DNA of 64,000 bases from an uncultured Pelagibacteraceae bacterium (GCA_902521005.1 CABYPZ010000002.1:33131-97130), one strand, 5' to 3'; counted from the first letter of the stretch, positions 19,389 through 27,617 are shown. The notes: generated by a model not told the origin, from the sequence alone. Numbers and translations are program-made.

Positions 19389-20819
19389 TTAAGAATTTTC
19401 ATATTTTTTTTGTATTGACATTACATGATTATTTAATTCATCTAAGAACTTTAATTTTTCTTGATCATTTTCATTGGAATACTTGTCTCTAAGAGTATCG
19501 ATCTCATTATAACAGGTGGATACTGTCCACCATTTTTCAGCTTTTTCACTTAAAATTCTTTTTGCAATTGATCGTTTAATTGATTGAAACATATTATTTG
19601 GCAAAGTCTCAGGAGACTCTTGAAAAATTATTTTTTTTCCAAAACCGACAAGTCTCTCATCATCAAATTTGTCAAGAAGTCTCAATTTATCCTTCCATGA
19701 GGCAGCATGCCATGAGGGAAATAATGAGGTGTCTTTATTTGAAGTAAACTTTTGATAAATGCTCTCCTCCGCATATATATCCTCTTGAGACTTAGATTGT
19801 TCTTTCTCCTCTGCAATTTCTCTTAATGCAGTCAAAATATTTTGACTGAATTTTTCATTTTCTTTCACTAGTTTTGCCCTTTTTATTATCAGGCTTTTAT
19901 CCATTGCATTATAAGGTTCAACCTCCATACCATACTTTGCATCTAATATTATCGGAGCCTTATTGGATCTAATTGTTCTTAAAAATTTAGGAGTTTTTTT
20001 CATTTCAATCCTTAACTCATTAATTGACATATTTAATAAGGGCTCAACATCTACTCTTAAATCTACTGCTTGCCCCCAGTTATAAATTGGATGTATACAG
20101 TGTTTTGGATGTAAAGGCGCACATAGATATAACCTTGATTTTCCATAGAAATATTCATTTAAAGTAATTATTTCTTCTTTTTTAAAAATTGTTTCTGTAT
20201 CTGATCTACTTGCTGTTCTTAAAAACATATCCCAAGTGCTCGGTTGTCTTTTTTTAATAATACTTAAAATTTTTGCGGTTAGAGTAGCATCTGTTAATGC
20301 GCTGTGAGCATCGCTGGAATCTAGTCCTTGCATTCGAGAAAGAGATTCAAGTTTAAATACCGGGTTATTCTTTTCATTTATTTCTGTTTCTAAAACTGAA
20401 GGATCTACTGCATAGGCAGCTCGAGCAATGTTTATACCATCGTGACGTTTTGAAGGTGAAGCATTTGTTATGTAGGGATATCTAATACCTTTAAAAAATT
20501 CCTTCCTAATCATTTCATCATCAAATCCTATATTGGACCATCCTAGGAAGATCGCTGGACTCCATTTCTTGAAGGTTTTTTCAACTTCACTAAGCATTTG
20601 ATAGTGGCTTAAATTTCCTTGAGTTAATTGTTTAATACCTGTTTTGTTAACAATTAAAGCCATTGCTTGTGGAATTTCACCCTCAGGCAATCTACATCTA
20701 AAATTAAATCTGTCTTTTTCTTTAAAGTGTTCATCAACTAATACACCACCAATTTCAATTATGCTTCCAAAATCGGTACTAGCACTAGATGATTCAATAT
20801 CCCAAATAGCTAAATTCAT
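19389..20819 (-). CDS. sbcB: Exodeoxyribonuclease I-like (DEDDh 3'-5' ssDNA exonuclease)
   Basis: WDIES (ExoI), GWSNIGFDDE (ExoII), FKLESL, AHSALTD (ExoIII), IRSNKAP, EESIY. Confidence 0.82.
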   Translation of the reverse strand: MNLAIWDIESSSASTDFGSIIEIGGVLVDEHFKEKDRFNFRCRLPEGEIPQAMALIVNKTGIKQLTQGNLSHYQMLSEVEKTFKKWSPAIFLGWSNIGFDDEMIRKEFFKGIRYPYITNASPSKRHDGINIARAAYAVDPSVLETEINEKNNPVFKLESLSRMQGLDSSDAHSALTDATLTAKILSIIKKRQPSTWDMFLRTASRSDTETIFKKEEIITLNEYFYGKSRLYLCAPLHPKHCIHPIYNWGQAVDLRVDVEPLLNMSINELRIEMKKTPKFLRTIRSNKAPIILDAKYGMEVEPYNAMDKSLIIKRAKLVKENEKFSQNILTALREIAEEKEQSKSQEDIYAEESIYQKFTSNKDTSLFPSWHAASWKDKLRLLDKFDDERLVGFGKKIIFQESPETLPNNMFQSIKRSIAKRILSEKAEKWWTVSTCYNEIDTLRDKYSNENDQEKLKFLDELNNHVMSIQKKYENS

Positions 20820-20834
20820 ATATCAATTATCCTT

Positions 20835-20910
20835 TAAAAGCTATGTTCTGATGGATGTTTAGATTATTTTTTGAGGACTAAGCAATTCGCATCTAAACAA
20901 GTAGCTTTTA
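20835..20910 (-). ncRNA. Candidate structured cis-regulatory RNA in the sbcB leader
   Basis: Two nested perfect 9-bp inverted repeats (20835-20843/20902-20910 and 20856-20864/20891-20899) directly 5' of an AAGGA SD. Confidence 0.5.
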
Positions 20911-20947
20911 GTTAGTAATAAATTTTGTAAGCATTTGTAAACTAAAG

Positions 20948-21634
20948 TCAACTTATTTTATTCATTTTGTTAAATTTTTTTACTCTTCCTAGAAATAAAT
21001 TTTGATACATAAGTAATTCCGTTCCTTCAATTTTAAAATCTTGAAATAAATTATCTACTGTACATAATAATATTACTCCTGAAGTAATATTTGTTTTATA
21101 AACTACATTATGGGCCAGGGTATACGCGCCTAATTGTAAAAAATAATCTTGAATGTAATCAACTTTTTTTGGTTTATTTGCTTGTTTAAAGTCTATAATT
21201 GCTTCTTTTCCTTGATAAACTCCTACAAGATCTGCTGTACCGGCATATTTTTCTGGATAGTGAAGTGTGGTTTCAATTCCAAATATTTCTTCTAATTTTC
21301 CTTTAATGCCTCTATTTATTATTTCTTTAGCCATATTTTTATACTGTTCATTACTTTCAAAAAAACTCTCATTAATTCGTCCTTTTAAAAAATCCTCAAT
21401 ATAAGAATGCATTGATGTACCTCTGCTAGATGCCTCAGTTTTAATTTTATTAGCTTGAACATAGCCAACACGTTGCTTCCAATTCTCTAATGCTGCTTTG
21501 TCCTCCTCTGATTTGGTTGCTTGTAAAATAGAGGTAACACTTGGTAATTTTTCGTCATCAAATAAATATTTTCTCATACCATTTTCAATGGATCTAGATG
21601 ATTTTGGATAATTAAATTTATTATTCCACTTCAT
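20948..21634 (-). CDS. PD-(D/E)XK exonuclease, MGME1/phage exonuclease-like (start refined to MKWNN)
   Basis: LPSVTSIL, WKQRVG, RGTSMH, E, YAGTAD, IIDFK, QLGAY motifs. Confidence 0.85.
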   Translation of the reverse strand: MKWNNKFNYPKSSRSIENGMRKYLFDDEKLPSVTSILQATKSEEDKAALENWKQRVGYVQANKIKTEASSRGTSMHSYIEDFLKGRINESFFESNEQYKNMAKEIINRGIKGKLEEIFGIETTLHYPEKYAGTADLVGVYQGKEAIIDFKQANKPKKVDYIQDYFLQLGAYTLAHNVVYKTNITSGVILLCTVDNLFQDFKIEGTELLMYQNLFLGRVKKFNKMNKIS

Positions 21635-21671
21635 TGTGTCACTTATAAATGTATTTAATTTGAAAATGAAA

Positions 21672-22727
21672 TTAATTTTTAAGTTGTTTTGAGTGGTCGA
21701 CAAATTTTTCTACGTTTTCAGTTTTGACAGCTTTTTCAACTTGCTCGGGATCTTTTATATTTTCTAAAGTTCTGGTGATTGATCTCGCATCTGTACCAAA
21801 TGTATCTACAACCTTCATTGCATCTTCTAATTTTTTTCGAAGCAAAATTACATTGTCAAAATGCTTTGAAAATCTTGTACTGATTGTTTTTAAGTGATTA
21901 TAAATTTCTGTAGCACCCTTTTGGACTTTTAATGACTGAAATCCCATATGCAAAGATTGCAAATAAGCTGAAAGAGTGTTCGGGCCCATGATTACTATTT
22001 TATACTTTTTCATTAATTCTTGAGTTAATAATTCTTTAGAACTAGGATCTTGGTAGTCCGTTAATTCTTTATATAAACTTTCAGTTGGTGCATATACAAT
22101 TCCAAAATCTGTAGTTTTAGGTGGAACAATATATTTTTCATTCACACTTTTAGCTTTATCTTTAAAAGCTTTTGCTAATTTAGTTCTAGCATCTGCCATT
22201 GCTTTTTTATCATCTTCTTGATGGGCATCATCTATTGCTTTAAATCTTTCTACAGGAAAATGACTATCTACTGGAACTAAAACATCTCCTTGAAGTTTGA
22301 TAGCAAATTCTACATTTTCAGAGGTATCTTCTTTCATCTTAACATTTGAGATAAATTGAGAAGATGGCAACAAATCTTTTATTAAAGAAGCCAAACTAAA
22401 CTCAGCGAGAGTTCCATACTTTTTAACTCCTGCTAAAATCTTATTAATACCATCCTGGCTTTTATTTAGATTTTCAACTTGAATATTAAAAGCAGAAACT
22501 TTTTCATTAACTGAAGTTAACGTTTGAGTCATATCTCTCGTCACATCTTTGGATAAACTGTTAAAAGAACTAGACATACTATTAAATGAAGAGTTGATAC
22601 TTTCCTTTAGGTTATTCAACTCTTGACTATTATCTTTTGGCTCTTCTTTATTTTTTCGCAAAGTAAGTAATAAATAAATTACCACCCCCATAAGAGCTAA
22701 AATTATATATAATAGCGAATCTTCCAT
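21672..22727 (-). CDS. rmuC: DNA recombination protein RmuC
   Basis: N-terminal TM plus coiled coil, GTLAE, VPVDSHFP, KYIVPPKTTDF, PTES, GPNTL. Confidence 0.9.
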   Translation of the reverse strand: MEDSLLYIILALMGVVIYLLLTLRKNKEEPKDNSQELNNLKESINSSFNSMSSSFNSLSKDVTRDMTQTLTSVNEKVSAFNIQVENLNKSQDGINKILAGVKKYGTLAEFSLASLIKDLLPSSQFISNVKMKEDTSENVEFAIKLQGDVLVPVDSHFPVERFKAIDDAHQEDDKKAMADARTKLAKAFKDKAKSVNEKYIVPPKTTDFGIVYAPTESLYKELTDYQDPSSKELLTQELMKKYKIVIMGPNTLSAYLQSLHMGFQSLKVQKGATEIYNHLKTISTRFSKHFDNVILLRKKLEDAMKVVDTFGTDARSITRTLENIKDPEQVEKAVKTENVEKFVDHSKQLKN

Positions 22728-22750
22728 AACAATCATAATACTATGATAAT

Positions 22751-23437
22751 TTATTTACCAAGCAAGTTTATAATATTTTTAATACCTGATTTTCTTGAGG
22801 ATAATTTTGAAATCATTAAGCATGCTTGCGATTTTAAAATTTGTCCATCTTTTAATATTCTTAGTTTATTTGCTTTTAATGTTTCTCCTGTACTAGTTAT
22901 ATCTGATACTATCTCCGAAGTTCCAGTGAATGGTGCTACTTCGGTACTCCCTAAACTTTTTATGAGTTTAAACTGTGTTACACCCCTTGAATATAAAAAG
23001 TCTCTTGTTAAATTTAAATATTTTGTACTAACTCTTAATTTTTTCTTCTTTTTATCTTTAAATTCAAAAGCAATTTCTTCAAGATCAGCTATTGTTTGAA
23101 CATCAATCCAATCATCAGGTATTGCAATTACTAAATTGGCTTTTCCAAATTCATACTTTTTAACAATTTTAATTTTATTTTGAATATTTTGTTCACTCTC
23201 TCTTAAAAGATCATAACCAGAAAAACCAATATCTAGAGAACCATCTCCTAAACTCTCTATTATTTCTCTTGCATGCAAATAAATAATTTTAATATTTTTT
23301 TTTCCAGAAATATATCCTACTAAATCCCTCTTGCCTTTTTCAGATGATAATTTCAATTTCATTTTTCTAAAAATATTTAAAACATCATTTCTTAGTCTGC
23401 CTTTACTTGGTATTCCAATTTTAATTAAATTACTCAT
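22751..23437 (-). CDS. hisG: ATP phosphoribosyltransferase, short form (start refined to MSNLIK)
   Basis: IGIPSKGRL, DIGFSGYD, STKY, GSTEVAP, DITSTGETL. Confidence 0.95.
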   Translation of the reverse strand: MSNLIKIGIPSKGRLRNDVLNIFRKMKLKLSSEKGKRDLVGYISGKKNIKIIYLHAREIIESLGDGSLDIGFSGYDLLRESEQNIQNKIKIVKKYEFGKANLVIAIPDDWIDVQTIADLEEIAFEFKDKKKKKLRVSTKYLNLTRDFLYSRGVTQFKLIKSLGSTEVAPFTGTSEIVSDITSTGETLKANKLRILKDGQILKSQACLMISKLSSRKSGIKNIINLLGK

Positions 23438-24275
23438 ACTTATATTCTTTAATTTCATTCTTAAATATTTCATTCATTTGATATAATAAATTTTTATCAA
23501 GAATATTTTTATAATTGTTCTTAACTCCTAAATTAAAAAATTTAATTTTTTTATTAGTGCCTTTTTTGTTAATAGCTTCAGGAAAACCTGAAGTGTCTTC
23601 TTCTTTTTTTAATTTATCGAAACTACAATTTTCAATACATTTTTTTGCTTTTTCTTTATCAATTAAACTTGAATCATTTCTTAAATTTTTAATAAATTCT
23701 AAAATACTTATGAATGTTTCATATGTTTCTACTTCTAGATCTTCATATCTAACTAAATGTACTGGAAAAGACTTATGATTTAACCAGGATTTATGGTTGA
23801 GGCTCCAAGATAGTAAAGGTTGAAAACCAATATATCTGTTATCTATTTTGGAGACTATTCCTCTTTTCTCATCTTTCATAAATTGTAAAGCCTCTTCTTT
23901 GCTTATTTGATAATGTGTAGCTAGAGAAGTAATAACATTTCTTGGATCTCTAATTAAATAAATTGCCCCTAAAGTATTCTGTGAGTTTGTAAAAGTATAA
24001 TTATTTATTTTACAAAATGCGTTGTGAGTTTTTAAAAATTTTACTTTTTTTGATTCATTAATTTTTTCTTGTTCTTTAATCCAATACTTTGCAGTATCCT
24101 CAGGGTTTTCAAATTTATCATCATAACTTTTAAAATTATTTTCACTTGGAAATGAATTTATATTTTTTAACAAATTAAAATTAAATGTTCCGTCAACTGA
24201 GAAGAAGTAACTACAAAGCAAAGATCTGAGCCATGTATTACCACTTTTAGGATATGATGCAATCCAGATAATCAT
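23430..24275 (-). CDS. PAPS-dependent sulfotransferase family protein
   Basis: 5'-PSB motif ASYPKSGNTW, KTH, 3'-PB motif RDPRNVITS, RYEDL, SF. Confidence 0.9.
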   Translation of the reverse strand: MIIWIASYPKSGNTWLRSLLCSYFFSVDGTFNFNLLKNINSFPSENNFKSYDDKFENPEDTAKYWIKEQEKINESKKVKFLKTHNAFCKINNYTFTNSQNTLGAIYLIRDPRNVITSLATHYQISKEEALQFMKDEKRGIVSKIDNRYIGFQPLLSWSLNHKSWLNHKSFPVHLVRYEDLEVETYETFISILEFIKNLRNDSSLIDKEKAKKCIENCSFDKLKKEEDTSGFPEAINKKGTNKKIKFFNLGVKNNYKNILDKNLLYQMNEIFKNEIKEYKYE

Positions 24276-25318
24276 GATAAATTAATCGCTGCCCCTACTG
24301 CAGGAACTTTTTTTATTGCTCCAAGATCTGAAATTAAATTGTCATATCTACCACCATTGATTTCTATATTGTTTGATCTATTTTTAATATTAATCCTAAA
24401 AACCATACCAGTATAATATTCAAGCTCCCTTCCAAATGAGGATGAAAACTTTATATTTAACTTTTGATATTTATTTTTAGTAATGGGAAAATAATCTTTT
24501 TCTACCCTTAAATTTATTTTATTTTTTTTAAAAAAATTATTTAATTTAATTGCTGCTTTATCTATTGGACAATTTATATTTAAAAATTCTTTAATAATTT
24601 TAGAAACATTTCGTCCCTTTTTAGTTCGTCTTGGATCATTAATTTTATTATCAAACCTTTGAAGTATTTCATCAACTGTCCTACCAGAAATCATTTTTGA
24701 TTGATTTTCATTTAACATTTTTTTGTATCTTTTCTTATCTATCTCAACAACTGTTGGGTCAACATCAGAATTTGTCTCTAATCTTTTTAATAAATCGTTG
24801 AAATATTTTTCCCTCCAAAAATGTCTCTGAAGACGTAATCTCCACCTTTTTGGAATATCAAGTTTATTTAAAAGCACTTTAAATATTTCTACATTTCCAA
24901 CAGTTAAACTTCCAGTTTTGTATCCAAAATTCTTTATTGATTTAATTGAGGTCTCTAAAATATTTTGATCATCTTTTTTTTCGTTTTTCGAACCTATAAT
25001 TTCAAAACCAATTTGATTTCTTATAATTGAATTTTTTTTATTAAATGTTTTCCTAAAAGCCTGTCCCTGATAATAAACTTTTTCTGTATCTGTGGTTTTT
25101 CGACTTAAATATCTAATGCAAGATGCAATGGTTAAATCTGGTCTTAAACATAATTCTTTACCTTTTTGATCATTAAAAGAGAATAAAAATCTTTTAAAAG
25201 TTTCACCTGATCTTTCAACAATATGATTTGCCTCTATTACTGGAGGTAAATCAATATATTTAAAGCCTTTAGATTTTATAGATCTAAGGATGCTTTCAGA
25301 TAATTTTTTTGACTTCAT
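24272..25318 (-). CDS. hisZ: ATP phosphoribosyltransferase regulatory subunit
   Basis: LCLRPDLTI, QIGFE, YYTGMVF, GGRYD, PAVG; HisRS paralogue between hisS and hisG. Confidence 0.92.
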   Translation of the reverse strand: MKSKKLSESILRSIKSKGFKYIDLPPVIEANHIVERSGETFKRFLFSFNDQKGKELCLRPDLTIASCIRYLSRKTTDTEKVYYQGQAFRKTFNKKNSIIRNQIGFEIIGSKNEKKDDQNILETSIKSIKNFGYKTGSLTVGNVEIFKVLLNKLDIPKRWRLRLQRHFWREKYFNDLLKRLETNSDVDPTVVEIDKKRYKKMLNENQSKMISGRTVDEILQRFDNKINDPRRTKKGRNVSKIIKEFLNINCPIDKAAIKLNNFFKKNKINLRVEKDYFPITKNKYQKLNIKFSSSFGRELEYYTGMVFRINIKNRSNNIEINGGRYDNLISDLGAIKKVPAVGAAINLS

Positions 25319-26690
25319 CTATTAATTTCTCTTTAGGAATGGTTTTGCTATTTTCACCCTTCTGTCCCTGAAGGTTCTTTATCGTAATTGTTTTGTCATT
25401 AAATTCATTTTCACCGCAGATTATAGCTACTGGTAATTCTCTCTTATTTGCTAGAGTCAGTTGTTTGCCAAGGTTTTTTTTACTATCTAAAAATATTTCA
25501 GAATTGATATTATTTTCTCTTAAAATATTTAATATTTCATAGTAATTTTTCAAATATTTTCTATCCATTACACAAACCATTACTGGTTTCTGTTGTTCCA
25601 TTGAAATCTGATCAAATTGCATCATAGCAAATAAAAGACGGTCTATACCAAAACTAATACCAGTTCCTGGCACATCAACTCCTTTAAATCTTGATATCAA
25701 TTTTGCATAAGCTCCTCCTGAACAAATACTTCCTATATCTACTTTTTTACCTTTGTTATTAGTAACTTCAAAATTAAGATTGGTCTCAATAATAAATCCA
25801 TCGTAATAAGCTAATCCTCTAACTATTGTAAAGTTAGTTTTTACTTGATCTTTGTAAGGTCCCATGGCAAGTATTTCAAAAAAATCTTCTAATTCTTTAA
25901 TTCCTTCTTGAGATAGTTGGTTTTTTAAATTATTTTTTAATTCTTTTAAATCTTTGATTTTTAAAAAATTTAAAATTTTAGATGCTTGTTCATCATTTAA
26001 ATTAGCACCTTTAGTAACAGCGCCACTTGAATCTTTTCTTTCCTTTTTAAGTAAATCTTCAACACCTTTTAAACCAAAACCTGGTTTATCAAGTTTATCG
26101 ATTGCCCTAATTACCTTTAATTGTTTTTCCTCTGGGATATTTAAATCATTAATTAAACCTTGAATTATTTTTCTATTACTTACATTGATACTAAATTGTC
26201 CACTTTTTAAACCACAATCTAATAAGGTACTTGAAACTAAATTACATAACTCAACGTTTGCTTGGGATGGGTCTACGTTTCCAATTATGTCAAAGTCAGC
26301 TTGTGTAAATTCCCTAAATCTTGCATTGCCAGGCTTTTCATTTCTAAAAACATTTTGAATTGCATAACGTTTATAAATTGAAGGAAGTTCTTGATTATTT
26401 TGAGCAACGAATCTCGCTAAAGGACTGGACAAATCATAACGTAACGTAATGTTTTTATCTCCATCCCTAAATGAAAATACATCAGAAATAGCATTATCTT
26501 GATCTTCACTTAAAAAAGATCCTATATTTTCACTTACTTCAAAAGAAGGTGTTTCAAGAGCGTCTGCTCCAAACTTAATAAAGTTTCTCTCAATTGCTTT
26601 TAAAAGCTTTTTTTTGAGTAAAATTTTCTTGCCCCACCTATCTTCAAATCCTGATGGTAAACTAGGTATTAATTTTTTATCTTTATTCAT
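25296..26690 (-). CDS. hisS: Histidyl-tRNA synthetase (start refined to MNKDKK at 26690)
   Basis: LRYDL, FRNEKP...RFREFTQADFD, RGLAYY, GISFGIDRL, anticodon-binding domain. The ORF-track extension overlaps tRNA-His. Confidence 0.95.
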   Translation of the reverse strand: MNKDKKLIPSLPSGFEDRWGKKILLKKKLLKAIERNFIKFGADALETPSFEVSENIGSFLSEDQDNAISDVFSFRDGDKNITLRYDLSSPLARFVAQNNQELPSIYKRYAIQNVFRNEKPGNARFREFTQADFDIIGNVDPSQANVELCNLVSSTLLDCGLKSGQFSINVSNRKIIQGLINDLNIPEEKQLKVIRAIDKLDKPGFGLKGVEDLLKKERKDSSGAVTKGANLNDEQASKILNFLKIKDLKELKNNLKNQLSQEGIKELEDFFEILAMGPYKDQVKTNFTIVRGLAYYDGFIIETNLNFEVTNNKGKKVDIGSICSGGAYAKLISRFKGVDVPGTGISFGIDRLLFAMMQFDQISMEQQKPVMVCVMDRKYLKNYYEILNILRENNINSEIFLDSKKNLGKQLTLANKRELPVAIICGENEFNDKTITIKNLQGQKGENSKTIPKEKLIDEVKKII

Positions 26691-26694
26691 TTTT

Positions 26695-26769
26695 TGGTAC
26701 CCTGGCTTGGGATCGAACCAAAAACTAAAGTTCCACAAACTTTCGTGATAACCATTTCACCACCAGGGC
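26695..26769 (-). tRNA. tRNA-His (GTG)
   Basis: Cloverleaf: GCCCTGG/CCAGGGT acceptor, AAAGT-TTGTGGA-ACTTT anticodon arm, TTCGATC T-loop, A73, encoded CCA. Confidence 0.95.
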
Positions 26770-26817
26770 CTATATTTATTTTATACTAATTGTTGTTAAA
26801 TTAAAATTTTTAAATAA

Positions 26818-26892
26818 TTAAATAGCTAGCGAGCAGCCAGCATGGAAATGATGTCTGTGAGTTTTTCTTGTTCTTTTAAAATATTTAATCAT
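26818..26892 (-). CDS. Putative His-rich leader peptide MIKYFKRTRKTHRHHFHAGCSLAI (24 aa)
   Basis: Manual translation ATG 26892 to TAA 26818; 4 His in 6 codons; upstream of and co-oriented with tRNA-His-hisS-hisZ-hisG. Confidence 0.65.
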   Translation of the reverse strand: MIKYFKRTRKTHRHHFHAGCSLAI

Positions 26893-26934
26893 TGGGAGCT
26901 AAATAGCATTAAATTAAATTATTGCAAGTATGAT

Positions 26935-26985
26935 TTGTATAGGAATTAATAAAGCTTAAAAGAAAGCTTTAAAATCCCTATACAA
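26935..26985 (-). terminator. Long stem-loop 3' of the cold-shock gene (terminator or stabilising hairpin)
   Basis: TTGTATAGG/CCTATACAA outer arms and AAAGCTT/AAGCTTT inner arms; no clear U tail. Confidence 0.5.
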
Positions 26986-27000
26986 TTATTTGAATTAGAA

Positions 27001-27210
27001 TTAAGAGGTTTTTTGCAGTTTTACTGCGGAAGGACCTTTATCTCCATCTTCAACTTCAAATGTAAGTTCGTCACCTTCGTTTAAGTATCTTAAACCTGCA
27101 TCTCTTACAGCTGAAGCATGCACGAATACATCTTTTTCTTTATCTTCTCGTTCAATGAAACCATAACCTTTTTTTCCATTAAACCATTTTACTTTACCTT
27201 TTAGACTCAT
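27001..27210 (-). CDS. Cold-shock protein (CspA family)
   Basis: GKVKWFN, KGYGFI, DVFVH, GPSA. Confidence 0.96.
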   Translation of the reverse strand: MSLKGKVKWFNGKKGYGFIEREDKEKDVFVHASAVRDAGLRYLNEGDELTFEVEDGDKGPSAVKLQKTS

Positions 27211-27322
27211 TTTACTCTTTCTTTTATTGTTAGTACTTAAGCTAATTATTAGCTTGGTGACTTGTTAATAGATTTTAAAATTTATTGCAAGTTTATAATT
27301 GTTTAAAAAATGCTTATTAAGG

Positions 27323-27395
27323 TGGGTCCCCCTGGAAACGAACCAGGTCCTAACGCTTTTCAGGCGTTCGTGCGCACCAGCTACACCAGAGACCC
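27323..27395 (-). tRNA. tRNA-Phe (GAA), atypical T-loop, CCA not fully encoded
   Basis: GGGTCTC/GGGACCC acceptor, AACGC-CTGAAAA-GCGTT anticodon arm, CCTGG-TTCGTTT-CCAGG T arm. Confidence 0.88.
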
Positions 27396-27401
27396 AATAA
27401 T

Positions 27402-27617
27402 TTAAAATCTAAATATAATTCTTCCTTTGGTCAAATCATAAGGAGTTACTTCAACTGTAACATTGTCTCCTTGCAAAACTCTAATACGATTTTTTCTTAA
27501 TTTCCCTGCTGCGTGTGCAGTTATTATATGATCATTCTCTAACTTAACTCGAAACATTGCATTTGGAAGGAGATCTATAATTTTTCCTTTGAATTCAAGT
27601 GTATCTTGTTTTGCCAA
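27402..27617 (-). CDS. infA: Translation initiation factor IF-1 (TTG start)
   Basis: [28 protein letters not shown]. Confidence 0.97.
   Translation of the reverse strand: MAKQDTLEFKGKIIDLLPNAMFRVKLENDHIITAHAAGKLRKNRIRVLQGDNVTVEVTPYDLTKGRIIFRF

Noticed and set aside
20845-20890. Hammerhead ribozyme suggested by CUGAUGG on the plus strand
   Set aside because: It does not match CUGAUGA, and there is no GAAA core or three-stem junction.
20948-21634. Cas4 / CRISPR interpretation of the PD-(D/E)XK nuclease
   Set aside because: It has only one Cys, so no Fe-S cluster motif. No cas genes or repeat-spacer array were seen in the window.
26691-26738. N-terminal extension of hisS in the ORF track (MWNFSFWF...)
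   Set aside because: It is the tRNA-His sequence read in frame. The ATG at 26690 is the plausible start.
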